A DNA stretch of 62,071 nt, counting the filler, from Stramenopiles sp. TOSAG23-6 (taxonomy: Eukaryota), in assembly GCA_900128565.1 (NCBI GenBank). It is 3 parts of 3 records of this genome, joined end to end, with 100 filler letters (N's around TTAATTAATTAA, not from the genome) between each part and the next. Parts side by side here need not be neighbours in the genome. Positions count along the whole stretch, not along the records: positions 20,777 to 41,398 come from LT636035.1; positions 41,499 to 62,071 come from LT636036.1; 1 more part is not named here. One strand, 5' to 3'. The notes below the pieces were generated by a model. The model had not been told where the DNA came from. It ran no database searches and worked only from the letters and a program-made list of their open reading frames with translations. Positions 37,801 through 47,822 of the stretch are shown here, piece after piece (positions within the stretch are counted from its first letter, which is position 1; each line of letters begins with the position of its first letter). Both the position numbers and the translations under genes were made by a program.

Positions 37801-40800
37801 CAGATGTGTCTTCTTGAAACCCATCAACTGTGTATTGAGCGCGCAAGAAAAGAGGAAGATTCTTACGAAAGAGAAAACGCTCTACATCTTCAATTTGAGA
37901 TTCTGTCAGAGGAAAGTCCGTGTGTAGAACCATGATTTCTGCAATCTGAAAAGGAGATCCAGATGTCACACCATCAGGGTTTATCACCAGTTGAATTCCT
38001 GCTAATGAACGCGCCGTTCGTCTATTAGCTACCAAAGGCCTTGTCACAAAGTTTGATCGATATCCAAAAGTGGTAGAAGAAGAGAGCACCCACGCCATAT
38101 TACCATGTTCGGTACCCGGTTTCGTGTAAAACGGATGTCTATCAACCATTTCCGTAACAAAATCGTCAAAATGGTTGGCAACACCAGACTTTCCTGAATC
38201 GAAGCCATCAAACCAATTTGCTGCATTTAAATTTTGGAATATTTTTTTTTGAGAATTCGAATCTTCTGAACCATACCGAGCAATATGAAATAACGTAGAA
38301 TATTTCCCTCTTCTTGTGCCTTTTGAAGCATTATCTGCATCATCTAGGTGGTAAATAGAGGCAGATGCAATTGCAACTTTATTTTCCTTTTTCACTACTG
38401 CAGTTGTAACATCGCCTATTCCTAAAGTCATTGCTTGATGTGTTGTACTTGACACATCATATCCAAGACAGCATGCTTTAGACGTAGTATCTTTTGGAAG
38501 TGTCTTCCGCATTGCCCATTTTTTATCTGCTTGGAAGACGGTACTCGATAGTGTACCAAACTTGTGAGATTGACCGACAAATGCAAGACTTTCCACTGCG
38601 GTTGTTTTTGGAAGCGTCACTTTACACTCGATGTTTGAATCACTACTACAGTTAATAGTCAAACTGAATATTTTCATTGGAACTCCTTTGACGTCGTGTG
38701 TTGTTGAGGTTTGCCTTCCTACTTGTGCATACACTTCACCATTGTATTTCCATTTATGTGAAACAGATGANCCACCAATATTTCCTTCTNCAGTGGCTAC
38801 TTTGCCATCTAGGAGTCTTGCAAAATGTTTTACTTCTCTCACTTGTGCCAAAGTAAAACCAGGAGGAAGAGTGCACGCCTTAGTTGGGTTCTCTGGATCA
38901 ACACATTTGTTTGTTCCTCTTACACAATGAATAGGACATTTCGCTTTTGAGAACGTTACATTATACTTGTCTGGCGTAGGCAATAAACTCTCGGGTTTTG
39001 GAAGTTTAACCAAAGAACTTGTATTTGTACAGAAATCACTCTCTGTCTTGTAAATCCCGCTGGGTACAGTATATGTAGGATGACTCTCTGGACAGAAAGG
39101 AACAGCAAAACAAGATCCCCAATCACTACCACCGCCAGCTGATGTCGTACCAACAGGACACTTTTCAAAACATTGTTTTACGTTATCAGCCAGCATAGTT
39201 TTTGTTACATCAGTCGGTGCACATTTGTAAAAGTGAGCATTGCCGAAACATGCTTTGATGCTTTCTCTCTCAGCTGGAGGCACACAAGAATCATAAGGAG
39301 TATCGTAGTAAATTTTCTTACCATCAGGAGTTTTAGTCTTCGGACAACAATTTGCCCCATTATTATATGGAGTATAACCATCAGGACATTTTGTGATATA
39401 CACAGGACTAGCATCACAGCATATTTCACCATGAGAAGCGAAACCTTTCCCATTATTAATAATATGAGAACCTTCAAGTTGCACACCATTACCAGTACAC
39501 GCACCACATTTATCAGATGGACAAAACCAACCTGACCTCGGAAATGAATTTGGTTTCATACTCATGTCCATATTGCTTTTCTTCTCTTTGCCATAAAAGT
39601 AATGATTAATGTCCCATGTACTCTGTGCTAAAACAGAGACCGTAAAAGTAGTTCCTGGAGGTGCCGAAAATGATATTTCTGTGCCTTCTGGGACATGCTT
39701 AGGTCCACGAAACAGCGTAGCATATCCTTTCTCTGACAAAGTGAGTGAAGCCGGGATAGAAGAAAATTTACAATCAAGCAATGATTCTTTCTGTTTCAAT
39801 GTGTATACACCATTTACAAGATCCACTTCAGTCGTTTCACTTACGTCTGTAGACGTATTGAAACATTTTGCCCCCTCTTTCATTATATCACGATTCCATC
39901 GCAGAGGTCCAGAGTGTCCAAGTGTAGCAGTACTACTGCGCATAGCTCTCTCACATAAGCAATCAAATATTTTATCTGCTTTATATTTACCACCACCAAG
40001 AGAAGTTCCATGTGCATCAGCACATGTAAAAGATTGATGGTTCTCAGCAAGTCTGGCTTGTGCGCAACCTGTATTTTTCATGAACTTGTTTTGACCACTT
40101 AATAGACAAAAATCATCGCACGTTTGAGAGCCATCATTGCCCAATACCCAGACAGTTCTATCTACAATTGCACTTATAGAGACTTCAGCTGCGTCTTCAT
40201 CAGCACCTGCAGCATCACCAAGAAGTTTCACTACGACATTAAATGTCGAAGGTGGGGCACTTGTTTTGGGTAGACTAATATCACAATGTGATCCATCTGG
40301 AGAGTTTGTATTAGTTGAGGTGCAAGATACAAATTTAGAATATACATTCACGTCTTCATTATTCAATTTAATAGAACTTAAATCATCAACAGGCGTAAAA
40401 CCTTCTCGGCGGAGAGAAGCATCACTCATTAAGTAATATTGCCGATTAATGAAATTATCATAGAGTTCTAGAACTTCAGGTGGTTGAGATTTAAATCGAG
40501 AACTGCGTGTTTTGCACTGAGTTGCCCAAGATAATCCCGGTGTATTCCATGTACCATCCACTTGACAAGCCGATCCTCTCAATACATCAAAATTATTTGG
40601 CCCTTCGCAAATGAAATCTTCTTTTCCATCCATATCGCAATCAGCAGTATAAAAACGCCCACCTTGAGCTTGTTGGGATGGCGTACAAAAGCTTTCCAAT
40701 GCACGAAGACAAGAAGAATCACTCAAAGCATCAGGACATGCTGGAAGTGCGTAAAAATCTTTAGGAAATGGATTTTCCCATGGTGTTATTTGACATTGCA

Positions 40801-40949
40801 TTAGTGCTCGAGTCATATTATTTTCTTTGATACCTTTCGATGGATTACCTGGATTGTAAGCTGGTTTCTTTTTCTCGAAGCTTACATCAAGAACCCCTCT
40901 CCACCAATTATCTTTTCTCGTTTTTTCTTGATTACTACTACATGTTTTA
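25883..40949 (-). CDS. Giant (>5000 aa) intronless Cys-rich extracellular protein, 5'-truncated; F5/8- or fucolectin-like modules, 8 Cys repeats, 2 TSP1 repeats, PAN/Apple-like module
   Basis: The frame stays open upstream of the ATG at 40816. Motifs: CEVEIY…NIALNRP; CVGQWSDWSKCSKDCVGGTQTR; CEALCSSELKCQAWGF. Confidence 0.8.
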
Positions 40950-41109
40950 CTATTACGGTCTGTTTTTTTTAAATGGAAAAAATGAAAGAACTTTTCATAG
41001 TCTANNNNNNNNNNNNNNNNNNNNNNNNNNNNNNNNNNNNNNNNNNNNNNNNNNNNNNNNNNNNNNNNNNNNNNNNNNNNNNNNNNNNNNNNNNNNNNNN
41101 NNNNNNNNN

Positions 41110-41398
41110 CAATTTTTTATAATCATTTCTGTATGTAGGAGCATGTATATCCGTTTGTTGTGCACAAGAATTTTCAGCTTTATCACCTGGTTTTACACAA
41201 GATGGGAAATTATGGATTTTCTTCTTAATCACATATACTTGTGCATCAGTTGCCTCAGGAATACGAGCTTTATAATGAATAGGTTCCGTATTTGGTCTCT
41301 GACATAAACACTTTAATGATACTTGTGTACATACTTGCCAGTTGCCCCTCTCGCAAATACCATCTGATCGCATTTGATCACACACCCAACATCGTTTG
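41110..41398 (-). CDS. Cys-rich coding fragment, possibly an upstream part of the giant protein
   Basis: Open Cys-rich frame on the same strand, lying between two gaps. Confidence 0.4.
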
Positions 41399-41498
41399 NN
41401 NNNNNNNNNNNNNNNNNNNNNNNNNNNNNNNNNNNNNNNNNNTTAATTAATTAANNNNNNNNNNNNNNNNNNNNNNNNNNNNNNNNNNNNNNNNNNNN
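41399..41498. other. Artificial contig linker N44-TTAATTAATTAA-N44
   Basis: Same structure as 20677-20776. Confidence 0.95.
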
Positions 41499-41550
41499 GT
41501 ACCTAACAAATTTAAGTTTTTTTTTTTTGAAATATTTTTCCAAAATACAT
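41499..41550 (+). mobile_element. Introner-like intron, 3' part at contig start
   Basis: GTACCTAACAAATTT…TTGAAATATTTTTCCAAAATACAT. Confidence 0.8.
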
Positions 41551-41742
41551 GAATCAATTTCAAATGTATATCGAGAGGATCCAATGGAACCTTACTCTAA
41601 GGCTGCAATGTTAAATTGTACTCATCCACCAAAGATTTCGTGGATTCGCTCCTCTCCAGATTGTTCTAAATATATTGCTAAAGGACACAAAGGGAATGCA
41701 CAAACCTGTTTTCTTGCATTTCCTTTCGAAAATGAGTACTAA
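41551..41742 (+). CDS. Terminal exon of an unknown gene
   Basis: Open frame ESISNVY…FENEY* directly after the element end. Confidence 0.5.
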   Translation, partial: ESISNVYREDPMEPYSKAAMLNCTHPPKISWIRSSPDCSKYIAKGHKGNAQTCFLAFPFENEY

Positions 41743-41966
41743 AAAAGATACAATTTGTTAGGTACTGAGTGTAGAATTTTCTTCGGAAAACCATAGATTC
41801 TTCCCAAGGGATGTATATTATAAATGTTTGTGTAGTAACAAAAAAATTAAAATATTATTAGAATCCATCAACCACTTTTATTTTTATAATCAAATTTTGA
41901 ATATCAATATTTTCGTCCTTTTTAACCCTGTCCTTTGAAAAGCGATGGGTGGAAGGAAGAGTGGGA

Positions 41967-42761
41967 TCATGCGGCATCACGTAGAAGTGATATTATCTGT
42001 TCCTGTGGCGGTTTGCTATTAAGAGCAAGCATTAGTGGTGTCCTTTTCCTGGAGTCTTGAATATCACGGTTTGCACCAGATTTTAATAACAACTCAACCA
42101 TTGCTGCACTCTTATTTCGCACAGCATAATGAAGAGCTGTAAATCCCAAAAAGTTAGTATAATCAATACCATCAATAGGTTCCCCTAGAATAAGCAAATC
42201 TTTTACCATATTCATGTCATTTTCACGAACTGCTTGCGGCAACTCCCCAGCTTTATATCCCTGAATATCGGCCTGTATGGAGTTTATTTCTTCATCACTA
42301 TGTACAACTTCTGTCATTTTTGTGAACGTATAATAATTGTCCATTAGGGTTTCTACACTAGAGTAACGCAGAGGATGTTCTTCTCCCGGAATTCTCGTCG
42401 GTGATGATAATCCAGCTCGATTTGCTTTGATCTCGTTATCTTTTAAACTTTCCTTTCCTCCATTACCTCCAGCTAATTTCTTAATAATATTTATTGCTTT
42501 GCAATTTTCAGGTATGCGTATTTCAAGATTATCGTCTATATTTAAAAGATTTGGTCCACATATCCATTTTGAAAAAGATTGAAGAATTTCTCTTACTGAA
42601 AACGACTGGAAACAAGCTACGATTATGCTGGAAATACGTCGATCTGTTGTAAAAGAGATATACTTTTTTCCCTGCCCTGCATGGCCTTTCAACGTAACAA
42701 GATTGTTTTTCTCGTTAGGCGTAAAATTTTTTATTTCTGATTCGGAAAAACAACAAATCAA
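41967..42761 (-). CDS. Ankyrin-repeat protein (start uncertain)
   Basis: GFTALHYAV…MVELLLKSGA…D…RTPLMLA. Confidence 0.75.
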   Translation of the reverse strand: MICCFSESEIKNFTPNEKNNLVTLKGHAGQGKKYISFTTDRRISSIIVACFQSFSVREILQSFSKWICGPNLLNIDDNLEIRIPENCKAINIIKKLAGGNGGKESLKDNEIKANRAGLSSPTRIPGEEHPLRYSSVETLMDNYYTFTKMTEVVHSDEEINSIQADIQGYKAGELPQAVRENDMNMVKDLLILGEPIDGIDYTNFLGFTALHYAVRNKSAAMVELLLKSGANRDIQDSRKRTPLMLALNSKPPQEQIISLLRDAA

Positions 42762-42903
42762 AAGTGTCCGAAGATCAATGGAATGCTAGATAAGAGTTAC
42801 AAAAGTAGAATAATTTAATTAAAAATATTATAATCACTTATACTTTCCATCCTTTAAAAATACAATCAAGAATTATGAAAAGTATGCTTCTTCAAGTAAT
42901 CAA

Positions 42904-44480
42904 TTATGAAGAGTAAGCTTCAAGCAAACGCTTATACTTTCCATCCTTTACAATCAATTCTTCATGTGTTCCACTCTCTACAACAACTGCTCCATCGCCT
43001 TGATTTTCAAGTACGTAAATACAGTCAGCGTAACGAATTGTTGACAAGCGGTGTGCAATTACATATATTGTGAAAAAATATTTTTTTTTTCGAAAAATAA
43101 TTTTTGTAAAAATAAAAAAATTTTTATCAAAAAAAAAAATTTTATCAAAAAAAAAAAAAAAAAAATTCAAAATTAAAAAAAAAAAAAAAAAAAAATTTAT
43201 AAAAAAAAAAAAAAAAAAAAATCGAAAATAAAAAAAAAAAAAAAAAAAAAAAAACATACTATCGTCGTTCGACTTGATGTTTTATCCTTCATCAATGCAT
43301 CAAGTGAAGATTGTACAATTTTTTCACTTTCATTATCTAACGCAGATGTTGCTTCATCTAAAAGCAAAATTTTTGGATTCTTCAAAATGGCTCTTGCAAT
43401 TGCAATCCGCTGTTTTTGTCCACCTGACATATATTGTGAAAAAATATTTTTTTTTTTTTTTTGTTAGGCATGAAATTTCGTACAAAAAAAAAAAAAATAA
43501 AAAAAAAAATAAATAAAAAAAAATAAAATTCAAAATTGATTAAAAATAAAACAGACACTTTTTTACCTCGAGTGCCAACACTAAAATTATAACCACCGTT
43601 AAATTTACTGATAAAATCATGAGCATGTGCTTTTTTCGCAGCATTTTCAATTTCTGATTGAGTTGCTGTCGGTTTTCCAAATTTAATGTTGTCAGCAACA
43701 GATTCATCAAAAAGCACAGGTTCTTGACTCACCATACCAATTGTATTTCTCAAAAACTTGACATCAAGAGATCGAATATCAACATATATTGTGAAAAAAT
43801 ATTTTTTAATTGAATTTTGCAAACATACACCATCAATCAAAATACTACCATGTAACTCAGATTCATTTTTTATATATTCTGCTTCTTGAAATTCATCTGA
43901 AGTTTCATCACTTTTAATGACAACATCAATAGAATCTTTCATTTTATTTTCATCATTATCATTTGTATATTCAGTTGCTTTGGGATCATAAAAACGTTCT
44001 AATAATTGCATTACATGTATTTTGGAAAAATAAATTCGAAATCATGAAAAAAATCGTTAGGTACGAAATTTCGTATTAAAAAAAAAAAAAGTTTGATAAA
44101 AAATTGAAAAAAATAAAAAAATACAGTGCTTTTTCCACTTCCACTTGAACCTATCAATGCTGCTGTTTGACCAGCAGGAATTTTCAGATGTAATCCATCA
44201 AAAACACAGGCGTTTTTTCGTGTTGGATATGCAAAACGAACATGTTTGATACGAAAATAGTTTAATAAAAAATTAAAATTTCGTTAGGTACGAAATTTCG
44301 TATGAAATATTTTTTTTTTTTCTAAAAAAAAAAAATTAAAAAAAAAACGTACATTTACAAATTCAATTTCACCTCGAACATTTTCAATCGCTTTTGGGGG
44401 ATGAGTCGCCATACGTCTGACATCACCCTTTTCATTCCATGGTTTTGAATCGATAAGGGGTCGTCTAGAAAACAATTCGA
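42904..44480 (-). CDS. ABCB/MDR transporter C-terminal NBD, 5'-partial; exons 44480-44353, 44241-44125, 44014-43829, 43783-43557, 43428-43260, 43062-42904
   Basis: The spliced product reads [74 protein letters not shown] and [12 protein letters not shown]. Confidence 0.92.
43063..43259 (-). mobile_element. Introner-like GT-AT intron (197 nt, poly-T expanded)
   Basis: TA|GTATGTTTT…TTTTCACAATATAT|GTA; joins RTTI|VIAHRL. Confidence 0.85.
43429..43556 (-). mobile_element. Introner-like GT-AT intron (128 nt)
   Basis: GT|GTCTGTTTT…GTACGAAATTTCATGCCTAAC…CACAATATAT|G; gives KKVSGGQ. A 2-nt shifted GT-AT alternative gives KKMSGGQ. Confidence 0.85.
43784..43828 (-). mobile_element. Miniature 45-nt GT-AT intron lacking the central core
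   Basis: GT|GTATGTTTG…AAATATTTTTTCACAATATAT|GTT; interrupts IDG|VDIR. Confidence 0.75.
44015..44124 (-). mobile_element. Introner-like GT-AT intron (110 nt)
   Basis: CT|GTATTTT…TACGAAATTTCGTACCTAAC…CCAAAATACAT|GTA; restores Walker A GKST|V. Confidence 0.92.
44242..44352 (-). mobile_element. Introner-like GT-AT intron (111 nt)
   Basis: AT|GTACGTTTT…CATACGAAATTTCGTACCTAAC…TATCAAACAT|GTT; joins EFVN|VRFAYP. Confidence 0.9.
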
Positions 44481-44580
44481 ATGTATTTTGGAAAAATATT
44501 TCAAAAAAATTCTAAAGAATTTGTTAGGTACAAAATTTCGTACGAAAAAAAAATGGAATTTGAAAAAAAATAAAACATAC
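44481..44580 (-). mobile_element. Introner-like element joining a VPS11 5' exon to an ABCB exon (hybrid copy)
   Basis: Full element structure, but the flanks belong to different genes and have incompatible phases. Confidence 0.8.
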
Positions 44581-45618
44581 ATTCTTTTTTCCCTTGAATG
44601 CAAAACATTGTCCACGATCTTCAGGACCAAAGAAAAATACAGCCCCAGGTTGACCTACAGCAAGCTTCTTTGATCCATCTTTTGTTTGTATTCCATCACC
44701 ATCAACTAGAGCGGCACAAGTTGAACCAGTTTGATCCAAAGTAATCGAATTTTGATTACTCCTACTATTTTGATCATTCGAATGTAATTGTTTTTTTCCA
44801 GTAATTAAATGCGATTCAACACCTGATGTCGTCACTATGAATAAATGTATCTTAGTGTCTTCTTTATTCTTAGAAGAGAACTTTTTCTTCATTGTAGAAT
44901 TTTTCAAGTCTAGTTTTCTTGATGTACAAAATGAAAGATGAGAAATTTTTACTGAAGACTTTGGCTTTATATTCCAATGAGGCGGAATATCACCACCCAT
45001 ATGACCCGCTTTGGGTACTTGGAACATAATGATTTCACCACTATTTAGTCCAATGGATAATAACTTTAAATCATCAGAAGTTGCCAGTGCTGTCACTGCA
45101 ACCTCATCAGATGTGCGGGAGTCAAAAACACGAAATCTTCGAACGCAAACAGGTGACATTACAGTGGACTTGTCACTATTGGAAGTATCCCAAATGCATA
45201 CTACAGCACAGGGTGGCATAGATTCACTATTTCTACGTTTTGCAGAAGGAGATATAGTAACATCATTTGTATTTCCTCCAGGGTTAGCTTGTCGCTGTTG
45301 TACTACTGCGGCGCTAGCAACTTGACGTGTTACGTTCGACCGAGGGTCAATGCCCCCACCAATACTAACAAGCAAACTTTGATCTTGAAGAGCAAAAAGC
45401 TGAGTAACTGAACCATTGTGCGCACGAAATTTATGCACACTGTAATTATGATTCATTATGTGGACACATCCATCAGCATCACCAAAGAAAACGAAGCCAC
45501 CAGCACCAGCAACCACTGCTGTAATCTCACATCTAACAATGGACGCTGGACCAGACTTGTCTTTGCTCAACAACACTTTATCAAAGAAATCAAAATTTTT
45601 CCACTGATGAGACGCCAT
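44581..45618 (-). CDS. VPS11: VPS11-like (HOPS/CORVET) N-terminal beta-propeller, first exon only
   Basis: N-terminal QWKNFDFFD, FGDADG, F.AH.GSV, LVSIG and VFFFGPEDRGQCFAFKGKK match Vps11 patterns. Confidence 0.75.
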
Positions 45619-45799
45619 TGAATAGCTCGAATATATCTAATAGGTGAAATGTGTTCAATATTTACTTATTTTTGTCACAGTATTTGTGAAAACTACTGAT
45701 CGAGATATTATTATGAATATTCAATAATACGTAGTCATCATCATCACGTCTTGTCCTTGTCTTGTCGTCTCCAAAAAGAAAAGACTGGCCAAATTTGGC

Positions 45800-45813
45800 C
45801 ACGCAAACCTGCT
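45800..45813 (+). promoter_or_regulatory. Candidate promoter motif CACGCAAACCTGCT in a divergent intergenic region
   Basis: Identical to 20548-20561. Confidence 0.4.
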
Positions 45814-46001
45814 TTGTTTCAATATTTCAAAAATTTTTAAATTTTAAATTTGAATCAAGTCGATCCTGTGTCGCTGTGTTCTTGTCTAGAGTCCGGTTAT
45901 AAGCTACACAACATGAACGACAAATTTGAATAAGATTACAAACGATCTTCATCACTACAATTCATATTTTAAGGTTGAATTGAGCACTTATTACCAAGAC
46001 T

Positions 46002-47433
46002 ATGTATGCATTTGAAACAGTAATAACATTGCTATGTGGCAGTGTACTGTTTTTTAGTGCAAGGGCGAAAGGAGCGCAAATGAAACTACAGTCAATCCAG
46101 TCATTCAACGAATTGATGAAAGATGATATCACTGAGCTAGACAGGAAAATTATGAAAATTGAAGCTGAAAACAATATCAGAATACCAGATACAAAGGCAA
46201 TCGCTGGTATAGGCTCAATTATGTATGAAAATGCAAAAGGTATACGTTTTAGAGGTGATCGAACATCTCATATTCTAAATACTTCAAATACGAAAAATAA
46301 TACTACATTTTCGAATATACAACCTCTACCACAATTAAATCTAAAACATATAAATGTAGATGCTTCACATGTCAACACAATAATGACTGACGACACTACC
46401 AATAATAGTGAGAAATTAAGACTTTCAAACAAATTAGAAAGTCTTCAAAGGGAGGTATATGAACAGAAGAAAACTATCCAAATATTGCAAGAAAAAGCTG
46501 AATCTGCAGAGGCACGCTCCGATGCTGCTATCGTAAAAGCTATTCAAAACGAAGAGCGAACAAAGATAGAGATGCAGCATAGACTGGCTGCACAGATAAG
46601 AAAAGCAGAAACTCTGGGAAATTTTAAGTTAAAACAAGAAAGGAATAAATTAGAACAAGAAGTAAGTAATTTAAAGATCATATTATCAAATAAAATACAA
46701 GAATATAATAAAACTCAATCAGATATGAACTCAATACAGTCGAATACAATGGAACAAAGAGAGAAATTCAAGACCTATATCGCTGATTTGGAAAATACAA
46801 AAAATGCACTTGAAAAATACAAGCAAACGAATATTGATCATAACCTTCAGATACGTCAGGAAGTTGAAAAAGCCAAACAAGAAAAATTAAAATGGAAAAA
46901 AGCAGCTTTAGCTGTACTCAATGCAATGTTAGGGAGTTATATCAAGATGAAAAATCCGATATCTGGAAAAATTGAATTGCATGCAAAACCAGGTAATATA
47001 ACAGATACAGATTATGCAATTTCATCACCTTCAACCTTTTTAATAGAATTGCAAAAAGCAATGAAATCTCATGATAAAAAAGTCTCACAAATTGGAGCAG
47101 AGAGTGAACGTAAAAAAACAAGTAGAATTTATGAACAATTTGATAAGTATGTTTTATTTTTTTTTTTACAAAAAAATCGAATTTATTTTTCGTACGAAAT
47201 TTTGTACCTAACGATTGTTTTTTTGAAATATTTTTCTAAAATACAATGATGATGATGATGTACATTTGGAATATGAACAAGAAGGTGGATTGAAAGTAAA
47301 TGAAAATATCAAAGATAAGGAGAATATTAAAGAAAATCAGAGTGAAATCAAACAAGTTGACATTCTACATGACTTGGATATAGTACCCATATTACCCAGA
47401 TTTCGTGAAAAAATAGAAAGAGATGCAACGTAA
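46002..47433 (+). CDS. Coiled-coil protein with N-terminal hydrophobic anchor; exons 46002-47146 and 47247-47433
   Basis: Joining across the element gives FD N DDDDVHLEY… up to TAA at 47433. Confidence 0.65.
47147..47246 (+). mobile_element. Introner-like GT-AA intron (100 nt, phase 2)
   Basis: AA|GTATGTTTT…CGTACGAAATTTTGTACCTAAC…TCTAAAATACAA|T. Confidence 0.78.
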
Positions 47434-47500
47434 ATAATTAGTACCCATATTACCCAGATTTCGTGAAAAACTAGAAAGAGATGCAACGTAAATAATTAGT
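47381..47500 (+). repeat. 58-bp tandem duplication spanning the stop codon
   Basis: Copies start at 47381 and 47439 and differ by one mismatch. Confidence 0.85.
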
Positions 47501-47822
47501 CGATATTTTGCCGACATTTTGTTTTCTTTCTAGTAATAAACTATTTTCATAGGTTTTTATATCGTTTGATAAATATCGATAGCGATGATATTTCGATATA
47601 TCATATTTCGACGTATTACTATTTTGATTTTCTTGACCTTGAACTATAATGACACGTGGCAGAGATATACGGTAAAACGCGTAAGTTGGATCTTTTGAAA
47701 AAAACACAAAAAACGGGTAAAGAAAAAATGAGCAAATTTATCAAATTAAATTGGTTATCCTGATTTTATGGTGGAATGAATCAACGACTTGACTTGTGTA
47801 CTTAGTATTTGCTTGGAAAACA

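Noticed and set aside
40950-41004. Inverted copy of 23172-23226, in frame with the giant ORF, suggesting gene fusion or an invertible segment
   Set aside because: Again exactly 55 bp and next to a gap, with no recombinase nearby. Best explained as a chimera or assembly artefact.
42904-43516. Poly-Phe and poly-Lys ORFs, and the many short antisense ORFs in the track
   Set aside because: They are translations of T-rich introns or shadows of real genes on the opposite strand.
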